From: Alphaproteobacteria bacterium
Lineage (GTDB): Bacteria; Pseudomonadota; Alphaproteobacteria; GCA-2731375
DNA length: 64,000 nucleotides
Reading direction: 5' to 3'
NCBI GenBank assembly: GCA_965225945.1
Contig: CBDDBZ010000034.1
Location: 64,001-128,000, forward strand
Every line of letters begins with the position of its first letter. The stretch's first letter is position 1. Position numbers and translations under genes: made by a program. This document shows positions 20,629 through 31,050 of the stretch, one piece after another. The notes under the pieces were generated by a model that worked only from the letters and a program-made list of their open reading frames with translations, made no database searches and was not told where the DNA came from.

Positions 20629-21628
20629 GGGCCGGCTCGCCATCCTTGCCCACCCGGTCGGGAAAATTGCTGTCGAGCCGATCTTGAAAATAGGCGCCGT
20701 AGCGGATCGGCTCGTATTTGCCCTCGCCGTCCTGGGTGAAGCCGTCCAGGCAGCGGATCTCGGCCTCGATGTCGGGGTCGAAGAACATGGCGATCGAGTA
20801 CCGATCGCGGCCGCGTGGGTCGGCGACCACGCGATGTGGCGTCGAGTTGAAGACGTCGTTGGTCCAGCGGGCCAAGGCATCGCCGACGTTGACGATGAAG
20901 CCGCCGGGCACGCGCGGTGGGCGGATCCAGGTGCCGTCGAGGCGGCGGATTTCCAGGCCCTCGACCTCGTCCTGGGCCAGGATGGTGAGGAAGCCGTAGT
21001 CGGTATGCGGCTGGATGCCAAGCATGTCGGCCGGGCGATCGGCCGGGCCCGGCGGATAGTGGACCAGGCGGAGCGCCGTCGACGGCGGGTCGAAGAAGCG
21101 TGCGAGGTAATCCCGATCCTCCCCGACCGCGAGCGAGAGCGGTGCCAGGAGGCTCGTGCCGAGTTCCCGCAATGCCCGGTCGTAGCGGGTGATCACGTCG
21201 CGAAAGGCGGCATCCCCGGGCCACTGGTTGGGTCCCATCAGCGCCTTGACCCGGTAGCCGGGGTCGGTCTCGGGCACTTCGTGGCGGATGAAGAAGGACT
21301 CGAGCCGGTTGGCGTGCCTGGCGGGCTCGAACCGTGCCGAGGAGGTCAGTTTCGAGGTGGCGAAGGGCTCGTAGCCGCGATGCCAGTGATTGATCCTGAG
21401 CGCGAGTTTTTCCTCCACCGAACGCGCGTGGAACCCTCGGTGCTGGCGAAACGCCTCGGCGATCAGCGCTTCCTCGACGCCGTGGCCGACGATATGGAAG
21501 AAGCCGGTATCGAGGCAGGCGCGGCGGACCTGGCGCGCGACCTCATCGAGGCCACCGGGCCGGCCGGCGCGCATGTGGACAAGGTCGATGATCGGAATCT
21601 CGTCGCGCGTGGCCATCGCCGGGTTCAC
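20576..21628 (-). CDS. Isopenicillin N synthase family 2OG-Fe(II) oxygenase
   Basis: IPIIDL, GFFHIVGHGV, HTDYGFLTIL, STPHRV, RYSIAMF. Confidence 0.9.
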   Translation of the reverse strand: MNPAMATRDEIPIIDLVHMRAGRPGGLDEVARQVRRACLDTGFFHIVGHGVEEALIAEAFRQHRGFHARSVEEKLALRINHWHRGYEPFATSKLTSSARFEPARHANRLESFFIRHEVPETDPGYRVKALMGPNQWPGDAAFRDVITRYDRALRELGTSLLAPLSLAVGEDRDYLARFFDPPSTALRLVHYPPGPADRPADMLGIQPHTDYGFLTILAQDEVEGLEIRRLDGTWIRPPRVPGGFIVNVGDALARWTNDVFNSTPHRVVADPRGRDRYSIAMFFDPDIEAEIRCLDGFTQDGEGKYEPIRYGAYFQDRLDSNFPDRVGKDGEPALEQYPNGSNRTGSIRSD

Positions 21629-21699
21629 TCGTCGTCGGAAGTCGGGACTCGAAGTCTAGCCAATGGGCCCCGCCGACACCATGCGCGCGCGAGCCCGTC

Positions 21700-21867
21700 T
21701 CAATCCTCCCCGGCGAAGGCCGACGGGGGGACGAAGCCCTCGGTCTCCGCCTCGATTCCGCGCGCGGCGGCGAGCGCCGTCCGGTCCTCGAGATATTCGG
21801 CGCCGAGCTCGCCGTCGCGGATTGCCGCCGCGAGCCGGGCCGCCGACCAGAATGCTTGCTTGGCCAT
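21700..21867 (-). pseudogene. Amidase remnant: N- and C-termini fused after a large internal deletion
   Basis: MAKQAFWSAARLAAAIRDGELGA + EYLEDRTALAAARGIEAETEGFVPP resemble the two ends of amidase-signature enzymes. Confidence 0.65.
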
Positions 21868-22073
21868 GTTGCTTCCCCGCCGCCTCGATGGTGAGTTGGC
21901 TTTATAGCAAAGCCCCGACGGTCGAGCGTCGTGTCCATGGGCATAACGCGCCATGGCATCGACGGATCGAGGGAGCGGTGCTATGGGCAGGCAAGCAGCA
22001 GGGTGCCGATCGACGACGCAACGGGCCAACTCTCGATGTCTCATGTCGACCGCCGGCGGCGGCGCCAAGTCGG

Positions 22074-23003
22074 GTGAACGCCGTGACACCGGAACCCGCG
22101 GCCGACGTCGGCGCCGCCGGCGAGGCCGTGCGGCCGCGCCACCGGGCGGAGATCCTGCTCGCCGGCGTCGCCCTCAGCCTGGGCGGCCTGCTGATCCGCA
22201 TGGTCGAGACGGCGACGCCCTGGCAGATCCTGTTCTATCGCTCGGGCTTCCTGGCGCTCGGCCTCGTCCTCTATCTCGCCTGGCGCGGGCGGGGCCGGCT
22301 GACGGGGAACCTGGCGGCGGCGGGCTGGGCCGGGCTGCTGGGCGGGATCTGCATCGGTGCCGCGATGGCCGGCTTCGTCTGGTCCGTGACCCACACCACG
22401 GTCGCCAACACGCTCTTTATCCTCGCCGCCTCGCCCTTCCTGGCCGCCGTGCTCGGCCGCCTCGCGATTCGTGAGCGGGTCTCGCGGCGCACCTGGGCAG
22501 CGATGCTGGTCGCCGGTTTCGGGATCGCCGTGATGGTCTGGGACGGCATCGCGCTCGGCCACCTCGCCGGCCTGCTGGCGGCACTCGGCGCCAGCTTCGG
22601 CTTCGCCGCCATGACGGTGATCCTGCGCTGGCGGCGCGAGGTCGATCTCACCGCCTCGGCGCTTTACGGCGCTCTCCTCAGCGCTCTCGCCGGTGCCCTC
22701 TTGGCATGGCCCGAGGGCCTCGTCATCCCGGCCGCCGATCTCGGCTGGTGTTTCCTTTACGGCGGCCCGGTACTGGTCCTGGCCTTCGTCCTCATCACCC
22801 ATGGTGGGCGTTTCGTGCCGGCGGCCCAGGTGACGCTGCTGTCGCTCTCGGAGGTCGCGCTGGGGCCGCTCTGGGTCTGGCTCGCGGTGGACGAGCGGCC
22901 GAGCGCGGCGAGCCTGGTCGGCGGTGCCCTGGTGTTGTCCGCGGTGATCGCGCAAGTCGGGCTCGGCTACCGGCGAGGCCCAGGGCCGATGCCGCGCGCG
23001 TGA
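22074..23003 (+). CDS. DMT/EamA family transporter
   Basis: About 10 TM helices; QILFYRS, TTVANTLF, LSEVALGPLWVWL..ERP. Confidence 0.88.
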   Translation: MNAVTPEPAADVGAAGEAVRPRHRAEILLAGVALSLGGLLIRMVETATPWQILFYRSGFLALGLVLYLAWRGRGRLTGNLAAAGWAGLLGGICIGAAMAGFVWSVTHTTVANTLFILAASPFLAAVLGRLAIRERVSRRTWAAMLVAGFGIAVMVWDGIALGHLAGLLAALGASFGFAAMTVILRWRREVDLTASALYGALLSALAGALLAWPEGLVIPAADLGWCFLYGGPVLVLAFVLITHGGRFVPAAQVTLLSLSEVALGPLWVWLAVDERPSAASLVGGALVLSAVIAQVGLGYRRGPGPMPRA

Positions 23004-23096
23004 CGGCATGGCGCCATGGCGGTGCCGCGAATTACCTGGGAGCGGTGGCGCAACGGCGACAAATGCGTGATCCTTCGCGAGGGGAGAGTACGAAGT

Positions 23097-25199
23097 ATGA
23101 ATACGAGCAACGTTCGTCTGGCTGTCGATATCGGCGGCACCTTCACCGACGTGGTGGTGGAGAGCGCCGGAGGCCGGACCACCACCAAGGTGCTGACCGA
23201 GCCCCGGGCGCCCGAACAGAGCGTGGTGGCGGCGATGGCCGAGGCGTTGGAAGCGGCGGGCCTCGCGGCTAGCGAGGTCGGGCTGATCCTGCACGGCACC
23301 ACGCTCGCGACCAACGCCATCCTGGAGCGGAGCGGTGCGCTCACCGCCTTCGTCACCACCGAGGGTTTCCGCGACATCATCGAGGTCGGCTACGAGAGCC
23401 GCTACGACCAATACGACCTGATGATCGAGAAGGTGGCGCCTTTGGTGCCGCGCTACCTGCGGCTCACCGTGCCGGAACGCATCGATGTGCGGGGCCGGGT
23501 GCTGACGCCCTTGGACGAGGCGGCGGTGGAAGCGCTGGTGCCGAGGCTGGCGGCGGAAGACGTCGCCAGCGTCGCGGTCGGTTTCCTCCACGGTTACGCC
23601 AATCCCGCGCACGAGCGCCGGGTCGAGGAGATCCTCATCGCCGCCCTACCGGGTATGCCCGTCACCCTCGCCTCGGAGGTCTGCCCGGAAGTCCGCGAGT
23701 ATGAACGCTTCACCACCGCCACCGCCAACGCCTATGTGCGACCCATGATGGAGGGCTATCTGGTCCGGCTGGAAGCCCGCCTGGAGGCGCTCGGCTTCGC
23801 CTGCCCGGTGCTGGTGATGACCTCCGGCGGCGGCCTCACCACGCTCGAGACGGCGAGGCGCCAGCCGATACGTCTGGTCGAATCGGGGCCCGCCGGCGGC
23901 GTGGTGCTGGCCCGCGACATCGCCGCCGAGGCCGGGCTCGACAAGGTCATGAGCTTCGACATGGGCGGCACGACGGCGAAGATCTGCTTCATCGAGGATC
24001 TCGAGCCGCGCCGGGCCCGGGAGTTCGAGGTCGACCGGCAGGCCCGCTTCATGAAAGGCAGTGGCCTGCCGCTCCGCATACCGGTCATCGAGATGGTGGA
24101 GATCGGCGCCGGCGGCGGCTCGATCGCGCGCCTCGATACGCTGGGGCGGATCACCGTCGGGCCTTCGAGCGCGGGCGCCGAACCGGGCCCCGCCGGCTAC
24201 GACCGGGGCGGCACGCACGCGACCGTCACCGATTCCGACATCGTGCTCGGGCGGATCGACCCGGGCGGCTTCGCCGGCGGGCGGATCACCTTGCGCCCGG
24301 AGCTCTCCGCCGAGGCGATCCGGGGCGCCGTCGGCGGGCCGCTCGGCCTCGAGGTCGAACTCGCCGCCTACGGCATCGCCGAGATCGTCGACGAGACCAT
24401 GTCGAACGCGGCCCGGGTGCTCGCGGTCGAGGAAGGCAAGGTGGCCTCCGAGCAGACCATCATCGCCTTCGGGGGCGCGGCGCCGCTGCACGCCTGCCGG
24501 ATCGCCGAGAAGCTGGGCATCCGGCGCATCGTCGTGCCGGTGGACGCGGGCGTCGGCTCGGCGATCGGCTTCCTGCGCGCGCCGGTCGCCTACGAGGTGG
24601 TCCGCAGCCTCAACATGCGGCTCTCGGCCTTCGCGCCGGAGGCCGTCAACCGGCTGATGGCGGAGATGCGCGCCGAGGCCCGCGCGGTGGTCGAAAGCGG
24701 TGCCTTCGGCGCACCGCTCACCGAGACCCGCCTCGCCTACATGCGCTATCTCGGCCAAGGCCACGAGATCACCGTGGCGGTGCCGCCGGAGCCGCTCACT
24801 GGCGCGGACGCGGTCCGCTTGCAGGCGAGCTGGGACGCGGAATACCAACGGCTCTACAAGCGCACCATCCCCGAGGCCGACGTCGAGGTGCTGTCCTGGG
24901 GCTTGACCATCTCGACCCTCGATACCCCGCCGCCGGCGAGCCCGCCGCCGGAGGCGGGCGAGATCGCGCGCGCGGCCGCGACACGGATGGTGTTCGACGC
25001 CGAGCGCGGCGAGGCGGTGGAGGTGGCGCTCCACCGGCGACGCGACCTCGCCGCCGGCCAGGTCGTTCCCGGGCCGGCCCTCATCATCGAGGATCAGACC
25101 TCGACCTTCGTCACCCCGGCCTTTCGGGCCATCATCGCAACGAACGGCAACATCGTCGTCGAACGCGGCGAATCAGATCTCAATTTCATACAAAGTTAA
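23097..25199 (+). CDS. Hydantoinase/oxoprolinase subunit A
   Basis: VDIGGTFTD, HGTTLATNA, ESGPAGG, FDMGGTTAK, IGAGGGSIA. Confidence 0.93.
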   Translation: MNTSNVRLAVDIGGTFTDVVVESAGGRTTTKVLTEPRAPEQSVVAAMAEALEAAGLAASEVGLILHGTTLATNAILERSGALTAFVTTEGFRDIIEVGYESRYDQYDLMIEKVAPLVPRYLRLTVPERIDVRGRVLTPLDEAAVEALVPRLAAEDVASVAVGFLHGYANPAHERRVEEILIAALPGMPVTLASEVCPEVREYERFTTATANAYVRPMMEGYLVRLEARLEALGFACPVLVMTSGGGLTTLETARRQPIRLVESGPAGGVVLARDIAAEAGLDKVMSFDMGGTTAKICFIEDLEPRRAREFEVDRQARFMKGSGLPLRIPVIEMVEIGAGGGSIARLDTLGRITVGPSSAGAEPGPAGYDRGGTHATVTDSDIVLGRIDPGGFAGGRITLRPELSAEAIRGAVGGPLGLEVELAAYGIAEIVDETMSNAARVLAVEEGKVASEQTIIAFGGAAPLHACRIAEKLGIRRIVVPVDAGVGSAIGFLRAPVAYEVVRSLNMRLSAFAPEAVNRLMAEMRAEARAVVESGAFGAPLTETRLAYMRYLGQGHEITVAVPPEPLTGADAVRLQASWDAEYQRLYKRTIPEADVEVLSWGLTISTLDTPPPASPPPEAGEIARAAATRMVFDAERGEAVEVALHRRRDLAAGQVVPGPALIIEDQTSTFVTPAFRAIIATNGNIVVERGESDLNFIQS

Positions 25200-25313
25200 C
25201 TTGTTCATAATATTATTCTGCGTGTTCGAGACTGCTACGACCATGTCGGAATTCTGGGAGATTTTCGTGACCAGCGAGCGGTGCAAGGCTATGCTCCGAC
25301 GACATAGATCGCA

Positions 25314-25721
25314 GTGAATGCGGCTTCGGTTCATTTCCCAGGTTCGTACCGCGATGTCGAACGGTTGGATCCTGAAGCACCAACCGAGAGCGAAGACGAG
25401 AGTGAACAGGCCGGGCAGAGCTATCGCCAGCACGCGACCTTCATTGTGCCGGAGATGGTCTATCCTTGCGAAGTCACCAAGATTTCCCCGGAAGGCCTTC
25501 TGTTCACCTGCGATGTGGAGCTATCGGCGGGAACGCGGATACGGTTCAATTTGCCCTATCTGGGTCAGCTGTATTGCGAGGTCACTGAAAACCACCTGGA
25601 GGGCGTGGAAGCGCGCTTCGTCATCGATGAAGACCGACGCGCGGAACTCTACGAACTGGTCACCGGCCTGGTCAATAATAGTCGGGAGTTGCCGCTGTCG
25701 ATTAGCGATTCGGCCTCGTGA
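25314..25721 (+). CDS. Degenerate PilZ-like domain protein
   Basis: CEVTKISPEG...GTRIRFNLPYLG..CEV beta-barrel pattern; no RxxxR; lower GC. Confidence 0.5.
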   Translation: MNAASVHFPGSYRDVERLDPEAPTESEDESEQAGQSYRQHATFIVPEMVYPCEVTKISPEGLLFTCDVELSAGTRIRFNLPYLGQLYCEVTENHLEGVEARFVIDEDRRAELYELVTGLVNNSRELPLSISDSAS

Positions 25722-26197
25722 GCTGCAATGTTCGATTTCATTACGCCGAGCGAAGTTTTCGAATAAATTACCTAATAGGGCATGGATTTAGCTTTGCCCT
25801 GGACCAACCTGGCCCCGGGCGGCTGGCTCGGTAGCATTACCCAACGGGCCCACTACCAAGAGGCGTTTAGGACCCGACACGACATCACCGACCCCACCCA
25901 CGGCAGTCGGGATGATGGCCGACGACAACGGACCAAAGGCGACATTGCTCACCGCGCTCTCGCTCGGTCGCGGGGCACCCTCGCCCGGCCCATGGCGTCG
26001 TGGCACCTCGGCAACGGGCTTGAAGTGCCGCGGAAGAGTGGCTACTCAATGACGTGGATGTCTTCGACGATTGCGGCGTCCAGCACCGCACGATCACCGC
26101 GGCGCGGGATTTCCCGATCGAGCGATATCGGGACGAGCTGGCGGCCGGAGCCCCGGCGCATTGGATTTCGATGTAACGCATCGTAAAGGCGGGAAAA

Positions 26198-27853
26198 ATG
26201 GGAAATTCCATCGACGTCATCCGCATGCAGGTGATGTGGAACCGCCTGATCTCGGTGATCGAGGAGCAGGCGCAGACCCTGCTGCGCACGGCCTTCTCTC
26301 CGATTGTGCGCGAGTGCGGCGACCTCTCGGCCGGCGTCTTCGATCTCGACGGGCGGATGCTGGCCCAGGCGATCACCGGCACGCCCGGGCACGTCAACTC
26401 GATGGCCGAGGCGGTGCACCATTTCATCCGCCACTTTCCGATTGCCGACATGGCCGAAGGCGATATCTACATCACCAACGATCCCTGGATGGGGACCGGC
26501 CATCTGAACGACTTCGTGCTGACCACGCCGTGCTTTCGCCAGGGCCGGCTGGTCGGCCTGTTCGCCTGCACCTCGCACCTGACCGACATCGGCGGCCTCG
26601 GCACCGGCCCGGACGGCACGGACGTGCACATGGAGGGGATCTACATCCCCATGCTGAAGCTCGCCGAGCGGGGCCGGATCGACCCGACCTTGATGGCGTT
26701 GCTGCGCCGAAACACGCGCGAGCCGATCGAGACCGAGGGCGACGTCTATTCGCTTGCCGCCTGCAACGAGGTCGGCTGCACGCGCCTGGTCGAGATGATG
26801 GACGAGTTCGGGCTCGAGGATCTCGACGCGCTCTCGGGCTACATCATCGAGAACTCGCGGCGCGCCGTCCTGAAGGAGATCGGGAAGCTGCCCCGAGGAC
26901 GCTGGCGCAACGCCATGACCGTCGACGGCTACGACCGGCCGCTCGATCTGGTGGCGCGGCTGGATATCACCGCCGAGGGCATCCACGTCGACTATGACGG
27001 CAGCTCGCCGATGTCGCGTTACGGCGTCAACGTGCCGATGGCCTACACCACCGCCTACACCTGCTTCGGGCTCGGCTGCGCGATCGCGCCCGAGGTGCCG
27101 AACAACGCGGGCTCGCTCTCCGCCTTCCGGGTCACGGCACCGGAGAAGTCGATCCTGAACGCGCCCTACCCGGCCGCCGTATGCGCCCGCCACATCGTCG
27201 GCCAGATGCTGCCCGACGTGGTCTTCGGCTGCCTGGAAAGGATAGTGCCGGAGCGGGTGCCGGCCGAAGGCGCCTCCGCGCTCTGGAACATGACGTTTAG
27301 GGGCCGGACCGACCGGGGCGCCAACGACGCGGCGATGTTCACCATCACCGCCGTCACCAACGGCGGCACCGGCGCGCGCGCGATTCTGGACGGCCTCAAC
27401 GGCACCGCCTATCCGAGCGGGGTCAAGGGAACGCCGGTGGAGATCGTCGAGGTGGTGGCGCCGGTGGTCTTCCGCCGCAAGGAGTTGCGTACCGATTCGG
27501 GCGGCATCGGCGCCCTGCGCGGCGGCCTCGGACAGGTTTTGGAGGTCGAGTCGGCGATCGGCGCCGATATGGAGCTGTTGGCCGTCTACGACCGAATCGA
27601 CCATCCGGCTCGGGGGCGAGGTGGTGGTGGCCTGGGCGAGGCGGGCGCGGTCTTCCTCGCCTCCGGCCAGCGGCTCAAGGGCAAGGGGACGCAGATGATT
27701 CCGGCCGGCGAGCGCCTGGTCCTGCATACCCCCGGCGGTGGCGGCCACGGGATTGCGCGGGAGCGTCCCCGCGAAGCCGTGGCGCGAGACCTCCGCGACG
27801 GCCTGATCTCGGAGGGGGCCGCGCGCGAGCACTACGGCTGGACGCCAGACTGA
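26198..27853 (+). CDS. Hydantoinase/oxoprolinase subunit B
   Basis: RTAFSPIVRECGDLSAG, TNDPWMGTGHLND, TPGGGGHG. Confidence 0.93.
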   Translation: MGNSIDVIRMQVMWNRLISVIEEQAQTLLRTAFSPIVRECGDLSAGVFDLDGRMLAQAITGTPGHVNSMAEAVHHFIRHFPIADMAEGDIYITNDPWMGTGHLNDFVLTTPCFRQGRLVGLFACTSHLTDIGGLGTGPDGTDVHMEGIYIPMLKLAERGRIDPTLMALLRRNTREPIETEGDVYSLAACNEVGCTRLVEMMDEFGLEDLDALSGYIIENSRRAVLKEIGKLPRGRWRNAMTVDGYDRPLDLVARLDITAEGIHVDYDGSSPMSRYGVNVPMAYTTAYTCFGLGCAIAPEVPNNAGSLSAFRVTAPEKSILNAPYPAAVCARHIVGQMLPDVVFGCLERIVPERVPAEGASALWNMTFRGRTDRGANDAAMFTITAVTNGGTGARAILDGLNGTAYPSGVKGTPVEIVEVVAPVVFRRKELRTDSGGIGALRGGLGQVLEVESAIGADMELLAVYDRIDHPARGRGGGGLGEAGAVFLASGQRLKGKGTQMIPAGERLVLHTPGGGGHGIARERPREAVARDLRDGLISEGAAREHYGWTPD

Positions 27854-27898
27854 GTCCGATCGCCATAATTGGCCACTCCTCGAGCGCCGCCGCGCCGA

Positions 27899-28828
27899 TC
27901 AGGCGGGCGCGTATTTGCCGGTCAGTTGCGGGGTCGTCCCTTCCAGCCCCTGCTCCTGCCGCTCGAGCCGGGTCTCGCGCGCCCAGGTGCGCCCGAGCGT
28001 GTCGGCGACGTCGAAGCGCAAGCGTCCCATGCCTTCCACCTCCAGCTCGACGACGTCGCCGTCCTGAAAGGCGCCGAGGCCCCGGTGGTTGGTGCCGCTC
28101 GCCACCAAGTCGCCCGGCTCCAGCGCGTGAATGGCGCTGAGCCATTCAATGCAGCGGGAAATTCGGTGCGCCATGTCGTCGGTGTTGAAGTCCTGCATCA
28201 AGGTGCCGTTGACCCAGAGCCGGACGGCCAGCGCCTGGGGATCGGCGATCTCGTCGGCGGTGACGAGATAGGGGCCGATCGGCGCGAAGCCGTCGCGCGA
28301 TTTCATCTGGAAGAAGGTGTTGCCGGCCGGCGGCAACCCCCGGGCGGAGCCGTCGACGAAATTGAGGTAGCCGAAGACATGATCCATGGCGTCCGCCGCG
28401 CGGACGTGGCTCGCCCGTTTGCCGATCACCACCGCCAACTCGGCCTCACCCTCGAAGATGGTCGCCGCCACGTCGGGCAGCACCAAGGTGTCGCCGGGGC
28501 CGATGATCGCGCTCGGCGCCTTGTGGAAGGCGTTGATGGGGGCGGGCGCGTCGCGCGTGCCGTTCTCCATGTAGTTGACCGCCATGCAGTCGATCTTGCC
28601 CGGGCGCGGCAGCGGCGGGCGGAGCCTGACGGCGTCGAGCGGCCGGCCCTCGCCGCGTCGCACCGCCGTCTCCAGCGCGCCCTGATAATCCTCGAAGCCT
28701 TCGATCAGGCCGCCCATCAGATCCCGCCGGTCGAGATGCGGGATGTCGGCGACGACGTCGGTGACGTCGACCACGGAATTGCCGGCGAGGACGCCGAGGC
28801 GAAAATCGTCGAAATAGAGCAGTTTCAT
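27899..28828 (-). CDS. Fumarylacetoacetate hydrolase family protein
   Basis: NY, FHKAPSAIIG, EAELAVVIGK, KSRDGFAPIGP, LEPGDLVASGT. Confidence 0.9.
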   Translation of the reverse strand: MKLLYFDDFRLGVLAGNSVVDVTDVVADIPHLDRRDLMGGLIEGFEDYQGALETAVRRGEGRPLDAVRLRPPLPRPGKIDCMAVNYMENGTRDAPAPINAFHKAPSAIIGPGDTLVLPDVAATIFEGEAELAVVIGKRASHVRAADAMDHVFGYLNFVDGSARGLPPAGNTFFQMKSRDGFAPIGPYLVTADEIADPQALAVRLWVNGTLMQDFNTDDMAHRISRCIEWLSAIHALEPGDLVASGTNHRGLGAFQDGDVVELEVEGMGRLRFDVADTLGRTWARETRLERQEQGLEGTTPQLTGKYAPA

Positions 28829-29120
28829 TTCGCCCTCCCTCGCGCCGCCGCCGCGCCTTCGAAGCGGGCGGCAGCAGATTAGCACGGGGTCGCGCGCGCC
28901 ATGGAAGCCCCGAATTTGCCATGGTCCCGCGCCGGCGGAGGGAGGGACGAGAGGCTCACCATCTCCGAGTGCGGCTTGGTCCGGGGCGGCGGCCAGGAGC
29001 ATTTCGCCGCCGGCGTCGGCCCGGCCTATAATCGCGAGCGCTTCGAGGCGGCGCACGACCTGGTCGTCGAGGCCGCTCGCCTCGGTGGCTCGAGGCGAGG
29101 CCGGCGGGAGGGAATAGGCG

Positions 29121-29870
29121 ATGAACAGAATCGATCTGGCCGGGCGAACGGCGATCGTCACCGGCGGCGCCAAGGGGATCGGCCGCGCGGCGGTGGAACG
29201 CTTTCTCGCCTCCGACGCCATGGTGGTGATCTGGGACCGCGATCAGGCGGCCATAGACTCGGCGCTGACCGCGCTCGACGCGGGGAATCGCGTCGATGGC
29301 GTCTGCGTCGACGTCACCTCCTCGGCCCAGGTGGGCGCGGCGGCGGCGGCGATCGAGGCGCGGGGCCAAATCGATATTCTGGTCAACAACGCCGGCATCG
29401 CCGGGGCGGCCAAGCCGACCTGGGACTATTCGGACGCCGAGTGGCAGGACGTGGTCGACCTCAACCTGACCGCCGTGTTCAACGGCTGCCGGGCGCTGAT
29501 CCCGCACATGGTGGCGAACGGCTATGGCCGGATCGTCTCGCTGGCCTCGATCGCCGGCAAGGAAGGCAACCCCAACGCCTCGGCCTATTCCGCCACCAAG
29601 GCGGGCGTCATCGGCCTCACCAAGACGCTGGGCAAGGAGCTGGCCAAGAGCGGCGTCATCGTCAACTGCGTGACGCCGGCCGCGATCCGCACCGACATCT
29701 TCGACCAGATCACGGCTGAGCATATCGACTACATGCTCTCGAAGATTCCGATGGGGCGTCTCGGCAAGGTCGAGGAGGCGGCGGCGCTGATCGCCTGGCT
29801 CGCCTCGGAGGACTGTTCCTTCTCCACCGGCGCCGTGTTCGACCTCTCCGGCGGCCGCGCGACCTATTGA
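29121..29870 (+). CDS. SDR family oxidoreductase
   Basis: TGGAKGIG, NNAG, YSATK. Confidence 0.93.
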   Translation: MNRIDLAGRTAIVTGGAKGIGRAAVERFLASDAMVVIWDRDQAAIDSALTALDAGNRVDGVCVDVTSSAQVGAAAAAIEARGQIDILVNNAGIAGAAKPTWDYSDAEWQDVVDLNLTAVFNGCRALIPHMVANGYGRIVSLASIAGKEGNPNASAYSATKAGVIGLTKTLGKELAKSGVIVNCVTPAAIRTDIFDQITAEHIDYMLSKIPMGRLGKVEEAAALIAWLASEDCSFSTGAVFDLSGGRATY

Positions 29871-29877
29871 GGGCGGC

Positions 29878-31041
29878 TCAAACGATCCCGCGTTCCCGGT
29901 AGGGCGCGTCGTCGAGAACCCGCCGGTAGCCGAAAGGCGCGAGGTCGATGGTCTGGTAGCTCCCGGCGATCAGCAGCTCCGCCATCGCCCGGCCGGCCCC
30001 CGGCGCGTGCATGATGCCGTGGCCGGAGAAGCCGGAGCAGAGGTAGGCGTTCGCGAGCCCGCCGGTCCACGGACCGATGATCGGGCTCAGGTCCAGCCGG
30101 CTGCGGGCGTAATGACCGCGCCAGCTCCGCTCCAGCCGCAGCGTCTCCAGCGCCGGCACGCGCCGCGCCAGCGCCGGCCAAACCACGCGCTCGAAATGAT
30201 CGGGCGAGAGCTCGAAGTTCCAGCCGGCGGGCGTGCCCCACTCCGGCACCCCGCCGGTATAGCCGTTGCCCTCCGGCCGGAAGGCGAGGTCGGTTTCCGT
30301 CTTGATGAAGGGCAGCTCCTCGATCTCGCACGCGCAGCGGAAAAAATGCGCTTCCCGGCTCATCGGCTCGATCGGGATTTTCCAGCCGATCATACGGGCG
30401 ACCTCGCCCGACCAGGCACCGGCGGCGAGCACGAAGGCGCCGCCCTCGATTCCCCGACCCGAGGCGAGGCGGACCCGCCGCGCGAGGCCGCCGTCGGCCT
30501 CCCAGGCCACCACGTCGCCGGCGACGAAGCGCACGGCACCCGCCCGGGCCTTGCGGCGGAAGCCTTGTAGTGCCGCATGGGGATCGATCCAGGCATCGCT
30601 GGGCGAATAGACCCCGAGCGCGACATCGTCCACCGCGATGGAGGGGAAGAGCGCCTGGATCTGGTCCGGGTCCAATAGCTGCGCGTCGACGCCCAGCTCC
30701 GCCTGGGCCCGGAAATTGGCCTCCATGTCCCGGGCCCCGCCGCCGTCGGAGAGGAAGAGGTAGCCCTGCTCGCGAAAGGCGATCGGCGCGGGCTCGCCGT
30801 CGACCGCCATCGCGGTCTCGAAGTCGCGGTAGAAGGCCAAGCCATGGGCCGAGAGGGCGATGTTCTCCGGCAGAGAGAAGAGCTGGCGAATCCCGCCCGA
30901 GCCGCGCGGCGTCGCCGCCCACTCGTAGCTGGGATCACGCTCCACGACGATCGTGTCGGCGCCCGCCCCGGCTTCGGCCAGATGGTGCGCGATCGAGGCG
31001 CCGACGATGCCGCCGCCGATGATGACGATTTCGGCCCGCAT
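29878..31041 (-). CDS. FAD-dependent oxidoreductase (DAO/sarcosine oxidase beta-like)
   Basis: IIGGGIVG, SGGIRQLFS, SGFSGHGIMHAP. Confidence 0.9.
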   Translation of the reverse strand: MRAEIVIIGGGIVGASIAHHLAEAGAGADTIVVERDPSYEWAATPRGSGGIRQLFSLPENIALSAHGLAFYRDFETAMAVDGEPAPIAFREQGYLFLSDGGGARDMEANFRAQAELGVDAQLLDPDQIQALFPSIAVDDVALGVYSPSDAWIDPHAALQGFRRKARAGAVRFVAGDVVAWEADGGLARRVRLASGRGIEGGAFVLAAGAWSGEVARMIGWKIPIEPMSREAHFFRCACEIEELPFIKTETDLAFRPEGNGYTGGVPEWGTPAGWNFELSPDHFERVVWPALARRVPALETLRLERSWRGHYARSRLDLSPIIGPWTGGLANAYLCSGFSGHGIMHAPGAGRAMAELLIAGSYQTIDLAPFGYRRVLDDAPYRERGIV

Positions 31042-31050
31042 GGTGCCCGC

